Part shown: positions 7,352-15,253 of the stretch, piece by piece
Layout: each line of letters starts with the position of its first letter
Numbering within the stretch: position 1 is the stretch's first letter
Program-made: the position numbers and the translations under genes
Assembly: GCA_946006915.1 (NCBI GenBank)
Contig: CAMFZK010000001.1
Span: 1 to 24,911, forward strand
Reading direction: 5' to 3'
Source of the DNA: an uncultured Clostridia bacterium
GTDB taxonomy: Bacteria; Bacillota; Clostridia; Oscillospirales; Acutalibacteraceae
DNA length: 24,911 bases
The notes under the pieces: generated by a model
What the model was told of the DNA's origin: nothing
The model's input: the letters and a program-made list of their open reading frames with translations, nothing else
The model's database searches: none

Positions 7352-8301
7352 TTGAAAGAGCAAAAGAACTTTTGGCTGACGGCACCGTAAACCGTGTGCT
7401 CGGTTGGAAAAAAGGCGATATGTGTTTTAACCCCGAACCCGCTTTTTTTGAAACCGCCGAAGATTTGGACGAAAATTTTGTATACGGCGGATTTTGCGGC
7501 GCAAATTTAAGCAAATATATGATAGATGCCTCTAAATTAGAGGGTAAAACTTTGGTTTTGCTGAAACCCTGTGATACATACAGTTTTAACCAACTTATTA
7601 ACGAACACCGTGTAGACCGTGAAAAAGCATATATTATCGGCGTTGGCTGTAAGGGTAAACTTAACATTGAAACAATTAAGCAGAGCGGTGTTAAAGGTAT
7701 TTTAAATATTACCGAAAACGGCGATATGCTTAACATTGAAACCCTTTACGGCAATACCGAAATGAAATATTCCGACGCTTTGCTTGAACGTTGCCACGTT
7801 TGTAAAGGCAAAGAACATAAAATTTATGACGAGTTAATCGGCGAATCGCAGGACACAAGCGACAGAGAACGTTTTGCAGAGGTTGAAAAAATCGAAAAAA
7901 TGTCACCTGAAGAAAAGTTTGCTTTCTTCCAAAAGGAATTAAGCAAATGTATCCGCTGCAACGCCTGCCGTAATGTTTGCCCGGCTTGCAGTTGCAGAAA
8001 ATGCGTGTTTGACAGTACAAAGTTTGATTCTTCACAAAAAGCAAACACCGATTCGTTTGAAGAAAAAATGTTCCACATAATCCGTGCGTTCCACGTAGCG
8101 GGCAGATGTACCGACTGCGGCGAATGTTCACGTGTATGTCCGCAGGGCATTCCGCTTCACCTATTTAACCGTAAATTTATTAAAGATATTAACGAATTTT
8201 ACGGCGAATACCAAGCAGGTGCCGATGTAGATGCCAAAGGTCCGCTTACCGAATATACTTTCGGTGACTGTGAACCGAGCATCGTTAAAGAGAGGGGATA
8301 A
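7339..8301 (+). CDS. flxC: FlxC-like Fe-S protein (FdhB/FrhB-related, 4Fe-4S dicluster)
   Basis: KPCD, GVGC, CHVC, CIRCNACRNVCPACSCRKC and HVAGRCTDCGECSRVCP; position within flxDCBA. Confidence 0.8.
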   Translation: MQKIVERAKELLADGTVNRVLGWKKGDMCFNPEPAFFETAEDLDENFVYGGFCGANLSKYMIDASKLEGKTLVLLKPCDTYSFNQLINEHRVDREKAYIIGVGCKGKLNIETIKQSGVKGILNITENGDMLNIETLYGNTEMKYSDALLERCHVCKGKEHKIYDELIGESQDTSDRERFAEVEKIEKMSPEEKFAFFQKELSKCIRCNACRNVCPACSCRKCVFDSTKFDSSQKANTDSFEEKMFHIIRAFHVAGRCTDCGECSRVCPQGIPLHLFNRKFIKDINEFYGEYQAGADVDAKGPLTEYTFGDCEPSIVKERG

Positions 8302-8304
8302 TGT

Positions 8305-9333
8305 ATGAAAAAAATTGCTAAATCCAATTTATCGGCATTATTCGCCAAGATAAACGAAACCAAAGACCTTTATGTGCCGGTTAAAAACGGCGAACAGGTA
8401 AACTTTGCCGCTTACAGCGAAGAAGCAGAAGTTGATTTAACCGCCCTTAAAACCGTTAAATCCCCTAAAGATGCCTTCTTCCCCCAAAGCGAAAACCTTT
8501 ACACCTGCTTTAACGAACAGGGCAAAATTTCAATCACCCCCGAAGAATTACAGGACAAAGATTTTGTGGTTTTCGGTATGAAAGCGTGCGACATTAAGGG
8601 TATTGAAGTACTTGATAAAGTATTTTTATCCGAACCGGTGGACAGTTTCTATGCCGCAAGACGTCAACACGGTATTATCGTAGGTCTTGCTTGCGATAAG
8701 CCGGAAGAATCCTGTTTTTGTACCGTTTTCGGTATAAACCCTGCCGAACCTACCGCCGATGTTGCGGTTTATGATGATGAAGACTTCCTTTATTGGAACG
8801 CTTTAACCGAAAAGGGCAACGCTTTGACCGAAACTCTTTGCGACCTTTTGGAAGATGCAGATAATACCGCAGTAGAAAACAAGAAAAAGGAAATAACGGC
8901 AATAGCCGAAAAACTCCCTTATGCTAATCTTTCGCTTGAGGGTTGGAACGGTGACGCTTTAACCGAAAAGTTTGACTCGCCTATATGGGAAGAACTTTAC
9001 AAACCCTGCCTTGCTTGCGGTACTTGTACTTTCTCTTGTCCTACCTGTCAATGTTACGATATTAAGGACTATAACACCGGCAACGGCATTAAGCGTTACC
9101 GTTGTTGGGATTCTTGTATGTATTCCGACTTTACAATGATGGCACACGGCAACAACCGTACAAGCCAAATGCAAAGATTCCGTCAAAGATTTATGCACAA
9201 ACTTGTTTACTTCCCCGCAAATAACGACGGGATGTATTCCTGCGTCGGTTGCGGACGCTGTGTAGACAAATGCCCCCAAAACCTTAACATTGTAAAGGTA
9301 ATTAAAGCATTTGAAAAAGGAGGAAAAGCGTAA
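8305..9333 (+). CDS. flxB: FlxB-like Fe-S protein (AsrA / sulfhydrogenase beta-like)
   Basis: KACD, CDKPEESCFC, CLACGTCTFSCPTCQC, RCWDSC, RFRQRFMHK and CVGCGRCVDKCP. Confidence 0.82.
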   Translation: MKKIAKSNLSALFAKINETKDLYVPVKNGEQVNFAAYSEEAEVDLTALKTVKSPKDAFFPQSENLYTCFNEQGKISITPEELQDKDFVVFGMKACDIKGIEVLDKVFLSEPVDSFYAARRQHGIIVGLACDKPEESCFCTVFGINPAEPTADVAVYDDEDFLYWNALTEKGNALTETLCDLLEDADNTAVENKKKEITAIAEKLPYANLSLEGWNGDALTEKFDSPIWEELYKPCLACGTCTFSCPTCQCYDIKDYNTGNGIKRYRCWDSCMYSDFTMMAHGNNRTSQMQRFRQRFMHKLVYFPANNDGMYSCVGCGRCVDKCPQNLNIVKVIKAFEKGGKA

Positions 9334-10187
9334 TGTGTGACTGTGATTGCCATAAGAATTATAATTTAGATACACTTATTCCGTTAGTCGGCGTTATTAC
9401 CGATATTAAAGAACAAACGCCCGACGTCAAAACTTTCCGTGTAAACGCTTTAGAGGGCGGAAAACTTTTTGAACACAAGCCCGGTCAATGCGCAATGCTT
9501 TGTGCGCCCGGTGTAAGCGAGGGAATGTTCTCTATAACATCTTCGCCCACAAATAAGGAATATCAGGAATTCAGCATTAAAAGATGCGGTCAACTCACCG
9601 AATATTTACATTCCCTAAAGGTTGGCGACCAAATCACCGTAAGAGGACCTTACGGCAACAACTTCCCCGTTGATACGGAACTTAAAGGCAAAAACCTTTT
9701 GTTTATTGCGGGCGGTATAGGTCTTGCACCTTTGCGTTCGGTAATTAACTATGTAATAGACAACCGCCAAGATTACGGCACAGTTGATATTCTTTACGGT
9801 TCACGTTCGGCAGATGACCTTGTAGGTCTTGACGAAATTCAAAATGTTTGGATGAACACTCCCGGTATAAATGTTCACCTTACAATCGACCGTGAGCAAG
9901 AGGGTTGGGACGGTCACGTTGGTTTTGTTCCCTCTTATTTAAGGGAGTTGGAATTTTCCAACGACAAAACCGTTTTGGTTTGCGGACCTCCTATTATGAT
10001 TAAGTTTGTTTTACAGGGATTACAGGAAATGGGCTTTACAAAAGAACAGGTTTACACAACACTTGAACTTCGTATGAAGTGCGGTGTCGGTAAATGCGGA
10101 CGCTGTAATATCGGCTCTAAATACGTTTGTAAAGACGGTCCGGTATTCCGTTTTGACGAAATTGACGAATTACCTAACGAGTATTAA
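9333..10187 (+). CDS. flxA: FlxA-like FAD/NAD(P)H-binding oxidoreductase with [2Fe-2S] (AsrB/PyrK-like)
   Basis: PGQ, FSITSSP, VRGPYGN, AGGIGLAPLRS, CGPPIM and the C-terminal MKCGVGKCGRC...VCKDGP motif. Confidence 0.85.
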   Translation: MCDCDCHKNYNLDTLIPLVGVITDIKEQTPDVKTFRVNALEGGKLFEHKPGQCAMLCAPGVSEGMFSITSSPTNKEYQEFSIKRCGQLTEYLHSLKVGDQITVRGPYGNNFPVDTELKGKNLLFIAGGIGLAPLRSVINYVIDNRQDYGTVDILYGSRSADDLVGLDEIQNVWMNTPGINVHLTIDREQEGWDGHVGFVPSYLRELEFSNDKTVLVCGPPIMIKFVLQGLQEMGFTKEQVYTTLELRMKCGVGKCGRCNIGSKYVCKDGPVFRFDEIDELPNEY

Positions 10188-10204
10188 GAAAGGTGTAACT
10201 GAAA

Positions 10205-10879
10205 ATGGAAAATATGGTTAATGTATTTTTTTACGGCAAAAAATATTCCGTACCCGCAGACCTTACTATTATGACTGCTATGGAGTATGCCGGATATACC
10301 CTTAAAAGAGGATGCGGTTGCCGTCACGGTTTTTGCGGTGCCTGTGCTACCATTTACCGCATTAAGGGCGACAATGAACTTAAAACCTGTCTTGCTTGCC
10401 AAACACAGGTACAGGAAGGTATGTATGTTGCAAGCATTCCCTTCTTCCCGACCGATAAAAGAACCTACAATATTAACGAGATTAAACCCACCAATCAAAT
10501 AATGATGGAACTTTATCCTGAAATTTACAGTTGTATCGGCTGTAACGCTTGTACAAATGCCTGCACACAGGGTCTTAACGTTATGCAGTATATTGCTTAT
10601 GCACAGCGTGCCGATTTTGAAAAGTGTGCCGAAGAATCTTTCGACTGTGTAGGTTGCGGATGTTGTTCTACAAGATGTCCCGCAGGTATTTCCCATCCTA
10701 TGGTTGGCTTGCTTGCCCGCCGTCTTACCGGTAAATATATCGCTCCCGAAACCGAACACCTTAAAAACAGGGTTGAAGAAATCAACAGGGGCGAATATGA
10801 CGAACTGATTGAACAAATTATGCAAAAACCCATTACAGAAATGCAAGAACTTTACAACACAAGAGAAATTGAGAAATAA
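10205..10879 (+). CDS. frdB: Fumarate reductase iron-sulfur subunit ([2Fe-2S] + 2x[4Fe-4S]; FrdB / TfrB N-terminal-like)
   Basis: CRHGFCGAC...CLAC ([2Fe-2S]), CIGCNACTNAC and CVGCGCCSTRCP; directly upstream of the flavoprotein. Confidence 0.8.
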   Translation: MENMVNVFFYGKKYSVPADLTIMTAMEYAGYTLKRGCGCRHGFCGACATIYRIKGDNELKTCLACQTQVQEGMYVASIPFFPTDKRTYNINEIKPTNQIMMELYPEIYSCIGCNACTNACTQGLNVMQYIAYAQRADFEKCAEESFDCVGCGCCSTRCPAGISHPMVGLLARRLTGKYIAPETEHLKNRVEEINRGEYDELIEQIMQKPITEMQELYNTREIEK

Positions 10880-10892
10880 GGAGGCGCTTAAT

Positions 10893-12503
10893 ATGTATAC
10901 ACCGTATCCGGAAAATATGATGGAATCCATCAAAAAAGTGGAAGCGTCCAGACAGGCGCGTATGGCAACAGAACCAAGACGTTTAACTGCTGATGAAAAA
11001 GATAACCTTTTAAAAGAATTCCATCCGGACTATAAACCGGAAGCATTTGCAGAAATCAAAGTCGGCCCCAACAAAGGTGAAAAAGCTCCGTTGGAATTGG
11101 CAAATATGCTTCATTCTACAAGCCGTATTTGTGGCGAAAACATTGATCTTACTAAAGTGGATTATGATGTGGATGTACTTGTTATCGGCGGCGGCGGAGC
11201 AGGTTCTTCCTGTGCTATCGAAGCGCATGAAGCAGGCGCAAATGTTATGATCGTAACAAAACTTCGTATTGGTGACGCTAATACAATGATGGCCGAAGGC
11301 GGTATTCAGGCAGCGGATAAAGAAAACGATTCTCCGGTACAGCATTACCTTGACTGTTTCGGCGGCGGACATTTTGCGGCCAAACCCGAACTTGTTAAGA
11401 AACTGGTTATGGAGGCACCCGATGCAATTAAATGGTTAAATGAACTTGGTGTTGAGTTTGACAAAGAAGAAGACGGCACTATGATTACTACTCACGGCGG
11501 CGGTACTTCAAGAAAGAGAATGCACGCCGCTAAGGATTATTCCGGTGCAGAAATTATGCGTACCTTGCGTGATGAAGTTATCAACCGCGGTATTCCCGTT
11601 GTAGAATTCACTTCTGCGGTAGAACTTATTAAAGATGATAAGGGTCAAGTTGCCGGTGCAGTTCTTCTTAATATGGAAACCGGCGACTATATGGTAGCAC
11701 GTGCTAAAACCGTTGTTATTGCTACCGGCGGTGCCGGAAGAATGCATTATCAAGGTTTCCCGACATCCAACCACTACGGCGCAACGGCTGACGGTCTTGT
11801 ATTGGGTTACAGAGCAGGCGCTAAACTTTTATATCAGGATTCTATTCAGTATCACCCAACAGGAGCAATCTATCCTTCACAAATTCTCGGAGCATTAGTT
11901 ACCGAAAAGGTTCGTTCTGTAGGCGCTCAATTGGTAAACGGCGAAGGCGAAGCATATATTCACCCATTGGAAACCCGTGATGTAAATGCATCGGGTGTTA
12001 TTCGTGAATGTGCCGAAGGCCGTGGCGTTGATGTTCCGGGCGGCGCAAAGGGTGTATGGCTTGATACTCCCATGATTGAAATTCTCGGCGGAGAAGGAAC
12101 TATTGAAAAGAGAATTCCGGCAATGTTCCGTATGTATATGAACTACGGCATTGATATGCGTAAAGTTCCGATTTTGATTTATCCTACACTTCATTATCAA
12201 AACGGCGGTCTTGAAATCGGCGGGGACGGATTTACAAAAAATATTGAAAATCTCCTGGTTGCAGGTGAAGCCGTTGGCGGTATCCACGGAAGAAACCGTC
12301 TTATGGGTAACTCACTTCTTGATATTATCGTTTTCGGCCGTAATGCAGGTAAAGCGGCGGCTAAAAAGTCACAAGAGGTTACTTTGGGCGAATTAACCCT
12401 TTCGCATATTGAAGATTACGCAAAAGAACTTAAAGCCGCAGGAGTAGAAACAAATGAAGTTTCTCCGCTCTTGCTTCCTAAATATGCCCGTCACGAAAGG
12501 TAG
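10893..12503 (+). CDS. frdA: Fumarate reductase flavoprotein subunit (soluble, predicted non-covalent FAD)
   Basis: VLVIGGGGAG, TMMAEGG, QYHPTG, TEKVR, LETRDV, PTLHYQNGG and HGRNRLMGNSL retain the dicarboxylate-site His/Glu/Arg set. Start moved from 10809 to ATG 10893, which follows AAGGAGG. Confidence 0.88.
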   Translation: MYTPYPENMMESIKKVEASRQARMATEPRRLTADEKDNLLKEFHPDYKPEAFAEIKVGPNKGEKAPLELANMLHSTSRICGENIDLTKVDYDVDVLVIGGGGAGSSCAIEAHEAGANVMIVTKLRIGDANTMMAEGGIQAADKENDSPVQHYLDCFGGGHFAAKPELVKKLVMEAPDAIKWLNELGVEFDKEEDGTMITTHGGGTSRKRMHAAKDYSGAEIMRTLRDEVINRGIPVVEFTSAVELIKDDKGQVAGAVLLNMETGDYMVARAKTVVIATGGAGRMHYQGFPTSNHYGATADGLVLGYRAGAKLLYQDSIQYHPTGAIYPSQILGALVTEKVRSVGAQLVNGEGEAYIHPLETRDVNASGVIRECAEGRGVDVPGGAKGVWLDTPMIEILGGEGTIEKRIPAMFRMYMNYGIDMRKVPILIYPTLHYQNGGLEIGGDGFTKNIENLLVAGEAVGGIHGRNRLMGNSLLDIIVFGRNAGKAAAKKSQEVTLGELTLSHIEDYAKELKAAGVETNEVSPLLLPKYARHER

Positions 12504-12511
12504 GAATTATA

Positions 12512-13354
12512 ATGCGTGAAATAAATGTAAGTGTTCTTACAGACGTTATTGAAAAACTTTGTATCGAAGCAAATGTTCATTTGCCGAGCGACGTTAAATG
12601 CGCTATTAAAACCTGCCGTAAATGTGAGGACGGTGTTATAGCACAGGGCGTTTTGGATAATATTATTGAAAATTTCCAAATTGCCGATAACGAAAATGTC
12701 CCCATTTGTCAGGACACAGGTATGGCTTGCGTTTTTCTTGAAATCGGTCAGGACGTTCACCTTGTAGGCGGCGATTTAACCGAAGCCGTAAACGAAGGTG
12801 TACGCCGAGGATACGATAAAGGTTACCTTAGAAAATCGGTTGTAAAAGACCCTATCAGAAGAGGTAACACGGGTGACAATACCCCCGCAATGCTTTATAC
12901 CGAAATTGTTCCGGGCGAAAATATTAAAATTACTGTTGGTCCTAAAGGTTTCGGCAGTGAAAATATGAGTATGATTAGAATGTTTAAACCCTCTGCAGGG
13001 CTCCAGGGTATTAAAGATTTCATACTCGAAGTAGTTGAAACCGCAGGCCCTAACCCCTGCCCTCCTATGGTTGTGGGTGTCGGTATAGGCGGCACATTCG
13101 ATAAATGTGCCTTACTTGCCAAAAAAGCGTTAATGCGTCCGCTTGATTCTAAAAACCCCGACCCTTACTATGCTGATTTGGAAGAGGAAATGCTCGAAAA
13201 AATCAATATGCTGGGTATCGGCCCTCAAGGTTTCGGCGGTAAAACCACCGCAATCGGGCTTAATATTGAAACATTGCCTACACATATTGCGGGTATGCCC
13301 TGTGCGGTTAATATTAACTGCCACGTAACACGTCATAAAACGGAGGTAATTTAA
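12512..13354 (+). CDS. Class I (Fe-S) fumarate hydratase, alpha subunit (TtdA/FumA N-terminal-like)
   Basis: PICQDTG, GYLRKSVV, KGFGSEN, NPCPP, GIGPQGFGGKTT and HIAGMPCAVNINCHVTRH. Confidence 0.9.
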   Translation: MREINVSVLTDVIEKLCIEANVHLPSDVKCAIKTCRKCEDGVIAQGVLDNIIENFQIADNENVPICQDTGMACVFLEIGQDVHLVGGDLTEAVNEGVRRGYDKGYLRKSVVKDPIRRGNTGDNTPAMLYTEIVPGENIKITVGPKGFGSENMSMIRMFKPSAGLQGIKDFILEVVETAGPNPCPPMVVGVGIGGTFDKCALLAKKALMRPLDSKNPDPYYADLEEEMLEKINMLGIGPQGFGGKTTAIGLNIETLPTHIAGMPCAVNINCHVTRHKTEVI

Positions 13355-13355
13355 A

Positions 13356-13913
13356 ATGATTAAAAAAATTAACTTACCTTTAACAGCGGAATTGGCAAAA
13401 ACCTTAAAAGCGGGCGACGAAGTATTGCTTACCGGCACTATTTATACCTCCCGTGATGCAGGTCATAAAAGAATGTGTGAATCTTTGGCAAAGGGCGAGC
13501 CGCTGCCCTTTGACCCTACAGATGCTACCATCTACTACGTAGGTCCTACCCCCGCAAAACCGGGTGCCGTAATCGGCTCGGCAGGTCCTACAACCTCCGG
13601 CAGAATGGACGCTTATGCTCCTACTATGATGTCGGTAGGTGCAAGAGGTATGATTGGTAAAGGCGCTCGTTTACCCGAAGTGGTTGAGGCAATGAAAAAA
13701 TACAACGGTGTTTATTTCGGCGCTATCGGCGGTGCGGGTGCGTTGCTTGCTAAATGCATTAAATCGGCAGAACTTATTGCTTTTGAAGATTTAGGTGCAG
13801 AAGCACTTCGCAAACTTTATGTAGAAGATATGCCGTTGGTTGTTATTATCGACAGCGAGGGTAACAACCTTTACGAAAACGGCAGAAAAGCATATTTAGA
13901 ACAACGTAAATAA
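13356..13913 (+). CDS. Class I fumarate hydratase, beta subunit
   Basis: TSRDAGHKR, YYVGPTP, GPTTSGRMD, MIGKG and EDLGAEA. Confidence 0.9.
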   Translation: MIKKINLPLTAELAKTLKAGDEVLLTGTIYTSRDAGHKRMCESLAKGEPLPFDPTDATIYYVGPTPAKPGAVIGSAGPTTSGRMDAYAPTMMSVGARGMIGKGARLPEVVEAMKKYNGVYFGAIGGAGALLAKCIKSAELIAFEDLGAEALRKLYVEDMPLVVIIDSEGNNLYENGRKAYLEQRK

Positions 13914-13927
13914 GAAGGGTTAAGAAA

Positions 13928-15178
13928 ATGAAATTATTTGGCGGTGTTGTTTCGGTTAGCGGAATAACATTCTTAATGTTTGCAGTTTTTGTAATTGCCG
14001 TTTTGGGTTACGCCTTGGGCAGAGTTAATATTAAAGGCGTTTCTTTAGGTACGGCAGGCGTATTTATAGTTGCACTTCTTTTCGGTGCATTATTTTCTAA
14101 AACTTTAAGCGGTACTGTAATCCAAACCGTAAACGGTGCGGCTGTGGATATCAGCGGTAATGCCTTAAAAATAGTAGAAAACATAGGGCTTATACTGTTC
14201 GTAACATCGGTTGGTTTTATAGCAGGCCCCAGTTTCTTTAAAGATTTAAAGAAAAACTATAAGTCATATATCCTTTTGGGTATTGTAATTATTCTTATGG
14301 GCGGTTTAACCTGTCTTTCGTGTTACTTTGTAGGCCGTAATTTTACCGACCTTTCGGCAAAACAGTTTATGGCTATTTGCGTTGGTCTTCTTTCGGGTGC
14401 TTTAACAAGTACCCCCGCTTTCTCGGCGTCAAAAGCAACCGTTGCACCCGAATTTGAAGAACTCGTAACGGTTGGTAACGGTATTGCTTACATTTTCGGC
14501 GTTATCGGGGTTGTGTTGTTCGTTCAACTTATCCCCAAAATCGTTAAAGCCGATATGGAAAAGGAAGCAAAAAAACTTGTAGTAGAAACCAAAGCCGAAA
14601 CAGTAAATGTAAAGAAAAAATGTTTTGAAATGGACGATTTCGGTTTATTCGCTTTCGGTCTTGCCGCTGTGGTTGGCGTGTTTGTGGGTGCAATTAAAAT
14701 ACCTATGTCTTCACAGGGTCTTTCGGGCACTACCTTCTCCTTAACCACAACCGGCGGTGCGCTTCTAACCGCACTGGTATTCGGTCATTTCGGTCAAATC
14801 GGCCTTTTGAGTTTAAGGGTGGATAATAAAACCCTTAAAACTTTCCGTGAACTCGGTTTAATGCTTTTCTTAATCGGTGCAGGTATTGCCGGCGGAACAA
14901 AGTTTGTTACCTACTTCAAACCCGTTTACTTCCTGTACGGTGCTTTAATGACTATTGTTCCTATGATAGTTGGCTTCCTTTTTGCAAAGTATGTTTTAAA
15001 GTTAAGTCTTTTAAACAACTTGGGTTCTATTACCGGCGGTATGACAAGTACCCCCGCATTGGGAACACTTATAAATGTTGCCAAAACCGAAAACATTGCC
15101 TCTGCCTATGCCGCAACCTATCCGATTGCGCTTATCGCAGTAGTGCTTGTTTCCCAATTCCTAATAATTTTATTCTAA
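13928..15178 (+). CDS. AspT/YidE/YbjL (aspartate:alanine exchanger) family transporter; candidate succinate exporter
   Basis: Multi-pass hydrophobic protein with the duplicated repeat motifs GLLSGALTSTPA and GSITGGMTSTPALG, plus SLGTAGVFIVAL, LILFVTSVGFIAGPSFF and YAATYP. Confidence 0.85.
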   Translation: MKLFGGVVSVSGITFLMFAVFVIAVLGYALGRVNIKGVSLGTAGVFIVALLFGALFSKTLSGTVIQTVNGAAVDISGNALKIVENIGLILFVTSVGFIAGPSFFKDLKKNYKSYILLGIVIILMGGLTCLSCYFVGRNFTDLSAKQFMAICVGLLSGALTSTPAFSASKATVAPEFEELVTVGNGIAYIFGVIGVVLFVQLIPKIVKADMEKEAKKLVVETKAETVNVKKKCFEMDDFGLFAFGLAAVVGVFVGAIKIPMSSQGLSGTTFSLTTTGGALLTALVFGHFGQIGLLSLRVDNKTLKTFRELGLMLFLIGAGIAGGTKFVTYFKPVYFLYGALMTIVPMIVGFLFAKYVLKLSLLNNLGSITGGMTSTPALGTLINVAKTENIASAYAATYPIALIAVVLVSQFLIILF

Positions 15179-15182
15179 AAAG

Positions 15183-15212
15183 TTTGCATCCTTTTTTAAG
15201 GATGCAAATTTT
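15183..15212 (+). terminator. Stem-loop, possibly a leaky terminator, between the transporter and hppA
   Basis: Perfect 11-bp stem TTTGCATCCTT / AAGGATGCAAA with a TTTT loop, followed by only four T. Confidence 0.6.
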
Positions 15213-15253
15213 CTAAAATATATTTTACATTTTCAACAGAAGGTGAAAAGATT

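Noticed and set aside
8305-10187. Anaerobic sulfite reductase (asrAB) or sulfhydrogenase
   Set aside because: There is no AsrC siroheme subunit and no [NiFe] large or small subunit. The position after hdrA-mvhD fits FlxB/FlxA.
10184-10933. 249-aa minus-strand ORF
   Set aside because: It is the antisense shadow of frdB, has no recognisable motifs, and lies within a uniformly + strand operon.
10893-12503. L-aspartate oxidase NadB or a respiratory succinate dehydrogenase
   Set aside because: No nadA/nadC neighbours, a dedicated Fe-S partner and fumarase are adjacent, and there is no membrane anchor or covalent-FAD His.
12512-13913. L-tartrate dehydratase TtdAB
   Set aside because: It is the same family, but the KGFGSEN motif and the mdh/frd context favour fumarase. 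Tartrate side activity cannot be excluded from sequence.
15214-15227. Perfect palindrome TAAAATATATTTTA upstream of hppA as an operator
   Set aside because: It is purely A/T in an AT-rich spacer, and its spacing does not fit the Rex 7-4-7 pattern; likely chance.
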